DNA from: Spirochaetota bacterium
GTDB taxonomy: Bacteria; Spirochaetota; UBA4802; UBA5550
NCBI GenBank assembly: GCA_029564515.1
Contig: JAKQPV010000125.1
Span: forward strand, 28,287-92,286
DNA: 64,000 bases
Direction: 5' to 3'
In this document: piece by piece, positions 8,805 to 16,421 of the stretch
Numbering within the stretch: the stretch's first letter is position 1
Layout of the letters: every line of letters begins with the position of its first letter
The notes under the pieces: generated by a model
What the model was told of the DNA's origin: nothing
What the model saw: the letters and a program-made list of their open reading frames with translations, nothing else
The model's database searches: none
Made by a program: the position numbers and the translations under genes

Positions 8805-10097
8805 TCACCCCTCCGCCTCCAGCGTCACCTTCTCCACCTTGTCCCGGTCGCACTCGTAGAAAAACGAGCCAATGTAAAAGAGCACGGCTGCGACGACCAG
8901 GAAAGCCGGGAGCACCAGCAGTGCCTTATCGATACCGAAGGAATCCGAGAGCGAGCCGACCACTATCGGGCCCGTGGATGCGCCCAGAAGGTTCTGCACG
9001 ATGACGCACAGGGCATAGGATATGGCCCTGAGCCCCGGGTGCACCACGTCCTGCGTAACCGCTGCGGCGGCCGGAACAAAGGCAACGATAACCAGCCCCA
9101 TAAACAGGATAAACACGTACTGGATATTGCCGCTGAAGAAGATGAGCCCCACGGCGAGAAACAGGGCCGACAGGACCGCCACGACAGAGGAAAACAGGAG
9201 CCGCGCGTTCTTCCTCTTTTTAAACCACATGTCCGCGATGAACCCTCCCAGGGGGGCGCCGACCAGGGCCAGGATCATGACCGATCCTCCCTTGATCCCT
9301 GCCTGATCCATCGGCATGTTATGAATGCGGTTGAAGAAAGTCGGGAGCCAGGTCATGAGCGACGTGGTCACGAAGACCATGGCCGCGAAGCCGAAATAAG
9401 TGAATAGGAGCGAGGGAGTGTGGATGAATTCCCGGAAGATGTCCATTTTGCTCATTTTCACCTTCTGCCCGCCGGCGGCCTCCGAGGTCTTGAGCAGGTC
9501 AACCGTCTTGTAGTCCTTGACGAAGAAGAACAGGATGGCCACGATCAGGCCCGGCAGGGCGACAAGGCCGAAAGCATGACGCCAGCCGAATTCCTTGGCA
9601 ATGATACCGCCCAGGGCGATGCCCACGGCGCTCCCCAGCGGTATCGACGCGTTCCATATCCCCATCATGCGCGAGCGCTTCTCCTCCGGGTAGAGTCCGG
9701 CGAGCATTGCGGTCCCGCCGGGCGCGTATCCCGCCTCGCCCACGCCGATGACGCAGCGGGCGCCGAAAAGCTGGCCGAAGTTTTTCGTGAGAGCGCAGGC
9801 GGCCGTCGCGATGCTCCATATGACCGCCATGAGGCCGATCGTCTTCTTGCGGCTCCACCGGTCGACCAGGATGGACGCCGGTATGGTGAACATGACGATG
9901 GACCAGTAGATAGCCGAAACCAGCATGCCGCACTGCGCGTCGCTTATCCCCCACTCCTCCTTGATGTGCGGGAAGAGGGAGGTGACCACCATGCGGTCAA
10001 CATAATCGAAGAAATAGAGAAGGAACAACAGGATGAAAATATAGTTCGTGTAACCCTTTGATAATTTGTATTCCTTTGTGGCGGCCTGTTCGCTCAT
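8805..10097 (-). CDS. MFS transporter, anion:cation-symporter-like
   Basis: 430 aa with about 12 predicted TM segments. The FFDYVDRMVVTSLFP motif near TM1 is typical of organic-anion MFS importers. Confidence 0.85.
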   Translation of the reverse strand: MSEQAATKEYKLSKGYTNYIFILLFLLYFFDYVDRMVVTSLFPHIKEEWGISDAQCGMLVSAIYWSIVMFTIPASILVDRWSRKKTIGLMAVIWSIATAACALTKNFGQLFGARCVIGVGEAGYAPGGTAMLAGLYPEEKRSRMMGIWNASIPLGSAVGIALGGIIAKEFGWRHAFGLVALPGLIVAILFFFVKDYKTVDLLKTSEAAGGQKVKMSKMDIFREFIHTPSLLFTYFGFAAMVFVTTSLMTWLPTFFNRIHNMPMDQAGIKGGSVMILALVGAPLGGFIADMWFKKRKNARLLFSSVVAVLSALFLAVGLIFFSGNIQYVFILFMGLVIVAFVPAAAAVTQDVVHPGLRAISYALCVIVQNLLGASTGPIVVGSLSDSFGIDKALLVLPAFLVVAAVLFYIGSFFYECDRDKVEKVTLEAEG

Positions 10098-10130
10098 TGA
10101 GTCACCTCCTTTCAGGTTCCCGGATATTTC

Positions 10131-10155
10131 CGTCCCCGGTCTTGAACCGGGGACG
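10131..10155 (-). other. Intra-operon stem-loop (CGTCCCCGG-N7-CCGGGGACG) about 30 nt upstream of the MFS RBS
   Basis: Perfect 9-bp GC-rich stem read directly. There is no U-tract, so it may be a processing/stability element or a weak terminator. Confidence 0.35.
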
Positions 10156-10272
10156 GGTACGTCCTGTGAGCAAGGTGCGTCCGGCAGCGTGAGACACCCT
10201 GATATCTTACGCTACCCTATTGCTGCAAAACATCAAGTCTTTATCGGCCCGATGCCGAAAAAACAGGGATCG

Positions 10273-11967
10273 TTACGCCTTGTATCCGCCCAGGTTCGCC
10301 AGGGCCACGCTGCCCGGGCTTATCGTCGAGGGATCCACCATGACATTGATGCACGCGGTCTTGCCCGACTTGAAGGCGGCCTCGATCGCGGGCCGTATAT
10401 CCTCCGGTTTTTCGACGAACGCACCGAACCCGCCCAGGGCCTCGACCATTTTATCGTACCGGACGAGGCCGAGCTCGGTGCCGTCCTTGATCGCGTGGCC
10501 GAGCCGGAGCTGCTGGCTGTGCGCGATCATGCCCCAGAGCGTGTCGTTGGCCACGACTGCCACGATCGGCAGGTTGTTCCTGATGGCGGTGTGGAACTCC
10601 ATGAAGTTGAAGCCCACCGACCCGTCGCCGATGACTACGAGCACCCGCTTGTCAGGGTAAAGGAGCTTTGCAGCGTTAGCGTAGGGCAGTCCGACCGCCA
10701 GGCAGCCGTACAGGCCGTAGTCCAGGTAATGGCCGGCCTTCCGCACGGTGCGGGTCATGCCCATCCAGGTGGCGGTATCGCCCCCGTCCGCGGCCACGAT
10801 ATCGTCCTCCCGGTCCATGAAGTCGTTGATCTCGCGCGCCAGGCGGAGCGGGTGGATGGGCGCACCCTCCTTCTCCCAGTTGGGCTTCGCCTGCGCCTTG
10901 CCCGCAACGTCGGCCGCCCGGACCGTCTCCACCCATTCCGCGTACTGCTTCGCGAGCTTGGGCCCCGCCTTCCGCTCGTCCACCACGCGGACAAGCTCGG
11001 CGAGCATGGCCTTGATGTCGCTTACCACGCCCAGGTCAACCGCACGGTTGCGGCCGATCTCCTCGGCCTCGATGTCCACCTGTATGAATTTCGCCGTCTT
11101 CGGGAAGATGTCGCCGAATATGTAAAAGAGCGAAAGCCGTGAGCCCAGGAAGAGCACCAGGTCCGACTGCACGTTCGCCACGAACGATGCGCCCGGCCTG
11201 ATGGCCAGGGACGACTCGAAACAGAGGGGATGGGTGTCCGGAATGACGCCCCGTCCGCCCCCCAGCGTGAAGGCCGGGATGCCCGTCTTCTCCACGAATG
11301 CGACCAGCTCGTCGCCCGCGTCGGAATACCAGGCCCCGCTTCCCGCAATCACGATCGGCTTTTTCGCCTGGGACAGCATGTCCACGATCCTGGCAGCGCC
11401 GGCCGTGTCGACCATCCGCGCAGTAACCTCGCTCCCGTATTTCCTCACCTTCGTCATGTCCGCCGCCGCGTTCAGCATGTCGCAGGGCAGCTCCAGGTAC
11501 ACGGGACCCGGCCTGCCGTTGGCCGCATAGCGGAAGGCCATGTCGATGAATTCCGGCACCCGCTCCGCGTTATGGCATACCAGCGCCTTCTTGACCATGG
11601 GCTGGATGACCGGGAGCTGCGTCATGTCCTGCAGGTCCAGCTTCTCCGTCGTTTCCAGGCCCACGCACCCTGCGATCAGGATGACCGGCGCGTTGGAGAG
11701 CCGCGCGCTCGCTATGCCCGAGAGCGCATTGGTGAACCCCGGGCCCGCCGTGACCATCGCCACAGCCGGCTTGCGCGTCATGCGCGCCATCGCCTCGGCC
11801 ATGAACACGGCCGCCTGCTCGTGACGGGTCGCGAATATCTTGACGCCGGAGTTTTCCAGGAACTGGTAGATGGGCGTGATGTGGCCCCCGCTTATCGAGA
11901 AAATATATTTCACGCCCCGCTCGATCAGGGCGTCCGCCGCCAGTTTTCCGCCGATTATTTTTTCCAT
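10273..11967 (-). CDS. Thiamine-diphosphate-dependent enzyme, acetolactate synthase / oxalyl-CoA decarboxylase / 2-hydroxyacyl-CoA lyase-like
   Basis: 564 aa. N-terminal PYR domain (RHEQAAVFMAEAMARMT, TAGPGFTNAL), middle domain, and C-terminal ThDP motif GDGSVGFNFMEFHTAIRNNLPIVAVVANN-like (VIGDGSVGF...VVANDTLWG). The layout FIQVDIEAEEIGRN...VSDIK...YAEW recalls oxalyl-CoA decarboxylase. It is not an Xsc orthologue because it has a different C-terminus. Confidence 0.85.
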   Translation of the reverse strand: MEKIIGGKLAADALIERGVKYIFSISGGHITPIYQFLENSGVKIFATRHEQAAVFMAEAMARMTRKPAVAMVTAGPGFTNALSGIASARLSNAPVILIAGCVGLETTEKLDLQDMTQLPVIQPMVKKALVCHNAERVPEFIDMAFRYAANGRPGPVYLELPCDMLNAAADMTKVRKYGSEVTARMVDTAGAARIVDMLSQAKKPIVIAGSGAWYSDAGDELVAFVEKTGIPAFTLGGGRGVIPDTHPLCFESSLAIRPGASFVANVQSDLVLFLGSRLSLFYIFGDIFPKTAKFIQVDIEAEEIGRNRAVDLGVVSDIKAMLAELVRVVDERKAGPKLAKQYAEWVETVRAADVAGKAQAKPNWEKEGAPIHPLRLAREINDFMDREDDIVAADGGDTATWMGMTRTVRKAGHYLDYGLYGCLAVGLPYANAAKLLYPDKRVLVVIGDGSVGFNFMEFHTAIRNNLPIVAVVANDTLWGMIAHSQQLRLGHAIKDGTELGLVRYDKMVEALGGFGAFVEKPEDIRPAIEAAFKSGKTACINVMVDPSTISPGSVALANLGGYKA

Positions 11968-12035
11968 GAGTGGTACTCCTTGTATTAGTTTCTAACACCC
12001 TCCCCGCCTCCCATCAAGGGAAGGGGGGACTGTAA

Positions 12036-12872
12036 TCATAATTCCATCAACTGTCCGCCGGTAATGTTGATCGCCTGGCCGGTCATGTACGACGACGCGT
12101 CCGACGCGAGGAACGCGACGAGGTTCGCCACCTCCTCCGGGGTCCCTATGCGCCCCAGGGGTATGGTCTTGCACATCTCGACCTCCCTGTCTTCGGGCGT
12201 ACACTGGAACACCTTCGCCTCCAGCCCGAACCGCCACCGCTCCAGGTCGGTCATGATCTGTCCCGGGCAGATCGCGTTCGCCCGCACGCCCGCGCCCGCG
12301 AGCTCCTTGGCCATCACCCTGGTGAGCATGATCACGCCCGCCTTGGCGACGGCGTAGGCCCCGTTCATGACCGGCGGGAACTTGCCGGCGCGCGACGCGT
12401 TGTTCACGATGCTGGCCGGCTTCCCGAGCATGAGCGGGAGCACGGCCCGCGACATGCGGAACACGCCGTGCAGGTTGATGTCGATGGTTTTCATCCACGC
12501 GGCCTCGTCGTAGGTGTGGACCGCGGCCGGGACGCCGAACGAGGCGCCCGCGTTGTTGCAGAGGACGTCGACATGGTCGAACGCCGCCTTAACCGCATCT
12601 ATCAGCGCCGCGATGGAAGCGCCGCTCGACACGTCGACCTCCACGGCCAGGGTCTTTACCTCGAACTCCTTCGCAAGCATGCCGGCGATCTCCCGCATCT
12701 CTTCGGTGGTGCCGGTTGCAACCGGAGCGCCCGGGATAGCCGCAGCGCCCAGGTCCGCGATAATAACATTCGACCCCAGGGAGGCCAGCTTCCGCGCCAT
12801 GGCAAAGCCCATGCCGGTCTTCTTTCCCGATCCGGTGATCAGGGCCGTTTTATTCTTCAGATCTTCCAGCAT
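12036..12872 (-). CDS. Short-chain dehydrogenase/reductase (SDR)
   Basis: TGSGKKTGMGFAMARKL, NNAG, catalytic S...YAVAK, and PG...T downstream motif. It is the first gene of the operon. Confidence 0.85.
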   Translation of the reverse strand: MLEDLKNKTALITGSGKKTGMGFAMARKLASLGSNVIIADLGAAAIPGAPVATGTTEEMREIAGMLAKEFEVKTLAVEVDVSSGASIAALIDAVKAAFDHVDVLCNNAGASFGVPAAVHTYDEAAWMKTIDINLHGVFRMSRAVLPLMLGKPASIVNNASRAGKFPPVMNGAYAVAKAGVIMLTRVMAKELAGAGVRANAICPGQIMTDLERWRFGLEAKVFQCTPEDREVEMCKTIPLGRIGTPEEVANLVAFLASDASSYMTGQAINITGGQLMEL

Positions 12873-12921
12873 GGTGCACCTCCTCCAGAACTATAAAAAA
12901 TGAAAAAAATTGTTGTAGAAA

Positions 12922-12952
12922 TAAATATTATTCATATTATGAACAATATTCA
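12922..12952. promoter_or_regulatory. Two tandem palindromic boxes (TAAATATTATTCA 12922-12934; TGAACAATATTCA 12940-12952) upstream of the SDR/ThDP/MFS operon
   Basis: Aligns box-for-box with 16258..16288, with the same 18-bp centre spacing, conserved boxes and a non-conserved spacer. It lies in an AT-rich divergent promoter region. Confidence 0.45.
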
Positions 12953-13065
12953 CTATATTTAATACATGAGAACCTTCGTCCCCATGTCAATAGAAAATGA
13001 TATTTTCACGGATACCCGGGACCCCGGAGCAACCGGACCCGCTATCACCGGCAGGGAGGCGGGGC

Positions 13066-13305
13066 ATGCCCGGCAGGTTTGAGCTGATATACGGCTATGT
13101 CCACTGCCGCGGCGAAACGGCCTACAGCGCGGGTTTCGTTGAGACAGAGGAAGAGGCGGCCATGTGGGTCCGCTCCATGCAGGAAGGGCGCCTGCCGCGC
13201 CCCCGCGTCCCGGACGAGGAGCCGATCCGCACATGCGGCGCTTCCTTCTGCCCCCTGAAAAGCCAGCATCCCTGGTTCTCATACCGCTTTGTTGCATACG
13301 GCTAA
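13066..13305 (+). CDS. Small hypothetical protein (79 aa)
   Basis: ATG 13066 is preceded by GGGAGG. The GC3-rich codon usage resembles neighbouring genes (MPGRFELIYGYVHCRGETAYSAGFVETEEEAAMWVRSMQEG...). No recognisable domain. Its stop overlaps the ackA stop. Confidence 0.35.
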   Translation: MPGRFELIYGYVHCRGETAYSAGFVETEEEAAMWVRSMQEGRLPRPRVPDEEPIRTCGASFCPLKSQHPWFSYRFVAYG

Positions 13306-14492
13306 TTGCCCTCCTCCAGGGCTTCCGCTACTTCCCGCGCGATCTGCAGCTCCTCGTTCGCCGGAATGACCAGCCCCCGCACCGCGCTTCCCGGCGCGGT
13401 GATGATCTCCGCGTTCGCGCCGTTCGCCGCATCGTCGAGCACGAGCCCCAGGTAGCCGAAGTGCGAGAGCACCTCGCGCCTGAGATACGCGGAGTTCTCG
13501 CCGATGCCGCCGGTGAACACGATCGCGTCCACCCCGCCCATTTCCGCGCAGTACCCGCCGATGAGGCAGGTGATCCGGTTGACAAGCACGTCGCTCGCAA
13601 GCCTCGCGGCCCGGTCGCCCGAGCGCGCCTTCTCTTCTATTATCTTATAATGGCTGTCCATGCCGGAGAGCCCCAGGAGGCCGGACTCGCGGTTGACCAT
13701 CGCCCTGATCCGCTCCGGGGCGAGCCCGCGGTCCATCAGAAAAAAGACGACCTCCGGGTCAAAGGACCCGCTGCGGGTCCCCATGGGGAGCCCCTCGAGC
13801 GGCGTGAAGCCCATCGAGGTGTCCACGCTCTTTCCGCCCCGCACGGCGCACACGCTTGACCCGTTCCCCAGGTGGCAGGTGACGGTCTTCATGCTCCCGC
13901 TGTCGCGGCCGAGCAGCTCCGCCGCGCGGCGCGCCGCGTACCTGTGGCTGGTCCCGTGGAACCCGTACTTGCGTATGCCGTGATCGTCGCAGAGCTTCGT
14001 GGGGAGCGCGTACCGGTAGACCGCCTCCGGCATGGTCCGGTGAAAGGCCGTGTCGAATACCGCGTACTGGGGAGTGCCGGCAAGCAGGCCGGTGAGGGCG
14101 TCGATGCAGGCAAGCGCCACCGGGTTGTGCAGGGGGGCAAGTCCGGATATGCCCCGCAGGTATTCCATCATTTCGGGCGTGACGGGCGCGGCGCTGCCGT
14201 ACTTTTCTCCGCCGTGCACCACGCGGTGCCCGATCGCGTCGATGTCGCGGCCGCCGGAAACAAGGCCCGCGTCCCGGAGGATGACGAGCATGTCGCCGAT
14301 TGCCTCGCGGTGGTCCCGTATCGTCATGGGCGTGGATGACACGGCGCCGAGGATCCCGGTCTTCCGGATGCACTCCGGTTTCCCCGCGGCCTCGCCGATG
14401 TCCAGGTAGTGGCCCCGGGCCGCGGGCTCATCCCCCCGGTAGAGGGTGAACTTGAGCGAGCTGCTCCCCGCGTTGATGACCAGTATGTTCAC
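13302..14492 (-). CDS. ackA: Acetate kinase
   Basis: (GTG)NILVINAGSSSLKFTLY..., HRVVHGG, and FHGTSH motifs. It starts 15 nt after the xsc stop. Confidence 0.9.
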   Translation of the reverse strand: MNILVINAGSSSLKFTLYRGDEPAARGHYLDIGEAAGKPECIRKTGILGAVSSTPMTIRDHREAIGDMLVILRDAGLVSGGRDIDAIGHRVVHGGEKYGSAAPVTPEMMEYLRGISGLAPLHNPVALACIDALTGLLAGTPQYAVFDTAFHRTMPEAVYRYALPTKLCDDHGIRKYGFHGTSHRYAARRAAELLGRDSGSMKTVTCHLGNGSSVCAVRGGKSVDTSMGFTPLEGLPMGTRSGSFDPEVVFFLMDRGLAPERIRAMVNRESGLLGLSGMDSHYKIIEEKARSGDRAARLASDVLVNRITCLIGGYCAEMGGVDAIVFTGGIGENSAYLRREVLSHFGYLGLVLDDAANGANAEIITAPGSAVRGLVIPANEELQIAREVAEALEEGN

Positions 14493-14507
14493 GGCCGCCC
14501 GGCCCCG

Positions 14508-16232
14508 CTATACCGCGCTCAGGTGCTTGTACTTGGGCAGGTACCGGACCGGCGGCTTGAACGCGTCGCGCCGGAACGGCTCGGCGAGCACCTTCTCGCC
14601 GCCCTCGATCACCGCGTTGATGACCGCCGCCTTGCCGCACTTCACCGCTTCCGCCACCGCGTCCTTCACGTCCGCGTAGTTCTCCACGGTGATGCCTGTC
14701 GCGCCCATGTCGCGCGCGAGCTGGGCGTAGTCCGGGTTCGTGAGCAGGTCGGCTCCTACAAAGCGGCTCTTGAAGAAGTCAATCTGGTTCTTCTTCTCGG
14801 CCCCCCACTCGTGGTTGTTGAACACGACCGCGATCACCGGGATGTTTTCCCGCACCGCGGTCATCACCTCCGAGAGGCCGCTGATGCCGTACGCGCCGTC
14901 GCCCTGGAGGGCAAAGACCGGCGTGTCAGGCGCCGCCATCTTCGCGCCCATGGCCGCGCCGTACGCGAACCCGCAGTTGCCCCAGGAGAGCGCGGATATG
15001 TGGCGGCGCGGCTCCGAGAATGTAAGATAGCTGTTGCAGATCGAGGAGTTGTTGCCGATGTCCGTGGCCACGATGGAGCCGGCCGGTATCGCGTCGGTAA
15101 GCTCCTTGATGAAGCGCCGCGGGTGCATGAGCTTGTTTGTGGACGAAGACCAGCCGTCGAGCTCTTCCTTCCACACCGCCTTTTCCTTCGCGATGTCCGC
15201 GAGGCGGGCCGCGTCCTTCTTCCGGCCCTTGTCCGCGGCAAGCAGGGCGGCCAGGAGCTCCTTCGCGAACTCGCGCGCGTCCGCCATTACGCCCAGGTCA
15301 ATCTTCCTGGAGATGCCGAGCTGCGAGCCGTCGATGTCCACCTGTATGAGCTTCGCCGTTTTCGGCCAGTAGTCGATGTCGTACTGCGGCAGGGTGCCGA
15401 AGGGCCCGAGCCTGGTGCCGAGGGCCAGGACCACGTCCGCCTTCGCGATGGAGCGCATGGCGGCCTTGGACCCGCAATAGCCGATCGGGCCCACTGCCAG
15501 CTCGTGGTCCGCGGGGAAGGTGTCGTTGTGGAGATAGGTGTTCACCACCGGCGCGGTCAGGTACTCGGCAAGGGCCTTCACCTCGGCGTGGCCGTCGGCC
15601 ATGGATACGCCGCCGCCGGCCAGGATCACCGGGTACTTCGCACGGGCGAGCAGCTCGGCCGCCGTCCGCACCTGCCCGACCGTCCCGCCGCCGTAGTTGA
15701 CGTTCGCGGTGGGATATATATCGCAGTCAATGTCGCCGTAGAAAAAGTCGCGCGGGATGTTGAGCTGCGCCGGCCCGCACAGGAGCTTGGCCATGTAGAA
15801 GCAGCGCCGCGTCAGCTCCGCCATCCGCTCGGGACGGTTCACCCTCACCTGGTACTTGGTGCACTTCTCGAACCAGGGCATCTGGTCCAGCTCCTGGAAC
15901 CCGCCGGTGCCGATGCCCATGCTACCGGTTTCCGGAGTGATGGCGATCACGGGAGAGTGGGCCCAGAAAGCGGCGGTCACGGCCGAGATGAAGTTGGCGG
16001 CACCCGGACCGTTCTGGCCGATACAGCACTGGGGACGGCCCGAGACGCGGGCGTACCCGTCCGCGGCGTGTGCTGCCGCCTGCTCGTGCGCGACCGATAT
16101 GAACCGGATTCCCGCGGCCGGGAACAGGTCCAGCGCGTCCATGTACGCGCTGCCGACGATCCCGAATATATCGCGGATTCCTTCGGCAACAAGGGTCTCA
16201 ACAAAGGCTTCAGAGGGTGTCATTTTTGTCAT
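14508..16232 (-). CDS. xsc: Sulfoacetaldehyde acetyltransferase (ThDP-dependent; sulfoacetaldehyde + Pi -> acetyl phosphate + sulfite)
   Basis: 574 aa. Collinear with remembered Xsc sequences: MTPSEAFVETLVAEGI, QNGPGAANFISA, GGFQELDQM, AQLNIPRDFF, GPIGYCGSKAAM, ADVVLALGTRLGPFGTLPQYDIDYWPK, IQVDID, ATDIGNNSSI, GDGAYGIS, EWGAEKKNQ, and the diagnostic C-terminus LAEPFRRDAFKPPV. Confidence 0.8.
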   Translation of the reverse strand: MTKMTPSEAFVETLVAEGIRDIFGIVGSAYMDALDLFPAAGIRFISVAHEQAAAHAADGYARVSGRPQCCIGQNGPGAANFISAVTAAFWAHSPVIAITPETGSMGIGTGGFQELDQMPWFEKCTKYQVRVNRPERMAELTRRCFYMAKLLCGPAQLNIPRDFFYGDIDCDIYPTANVNYGGGTVGQVRTAAELLARAKYPVILAGGGVSMADGHAEVKALAEYLTAPVVNTYLHNDTFPADHELAVGPIGYCGSKAAMRSIAKADVVLALGTRLGPFGTLPQYDIDYWPKTAKLIQVDIDGSQLGISRKIDLGVMADAREFAKELLAALLAADKGRKKDAARLADIAKEKAVWKEELDGWSSSTNKLMHPRRFIKELTDAIPAGSIVATDIGNNSSICNSYLTFSEPRRHISALSWGNCGFAYGAAMGAKMAAPDTPVFALQGDGAYGISGLSEVMTAVRENIPVIAVVFNNHEWGAEKKNQIDFFKSRFVGADLLTNPDYAQLARDMGATGITVENYADVKDAVAEAVKCGKAAVINAVIEGGEKVLAEPFRRDAFKPPVRYLPKYKHLSAV

Positions 16233-16257
16233 GGCGGATACTCCAGGCAGGAATTAT

Positions 16258-16288
16258 TGAATAATATTCAATATGTGAACTATATTCA
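16258..16288. promoter_or_regulatory. Two tandem palindromic boxes (TGAATAATATTCA 16258-16270; TGAACTATATTCA 16276-16288) 28-58 nt upstream of the xsc ATG
   Basis: Read directly. The first box is part of the perfect 17-bp palindrome ATTGAATAATATTCAAT (16256-16272). Confidence 0.45.
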
Positions 16289-16421
16289 TTAAGCATTTCC
16301 CCTGTCAATGATTTTTTCTTATTTAAAAATAGTTTGATTTTTTTCATCAATTGGGGGCCTATGTCATCAATTATTGAGCGTGCTTCACGGCGGACCATCG
16401 CGGGGATAGGGCTGTTTTTCC

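Noticed and set aside
7867-8853. N-terminal 329 aa of the 536-aa ORF 7243..8853(-).
   Set aside because: It overlaps the SDR gene 7890..8720 in another frame and is Gly/Arg/Pro-rich. Only the last 207 aa (from ATG 7866) form a TetR protein.
14409-16292. 627-aa plus-strand ORF.
   Set aside because: It is antisense to xsc with an Arg/Gly/His/Val-biased composition and no recognisable domain. The minus-strand frame carries all the ThDP/Xsc motifs.
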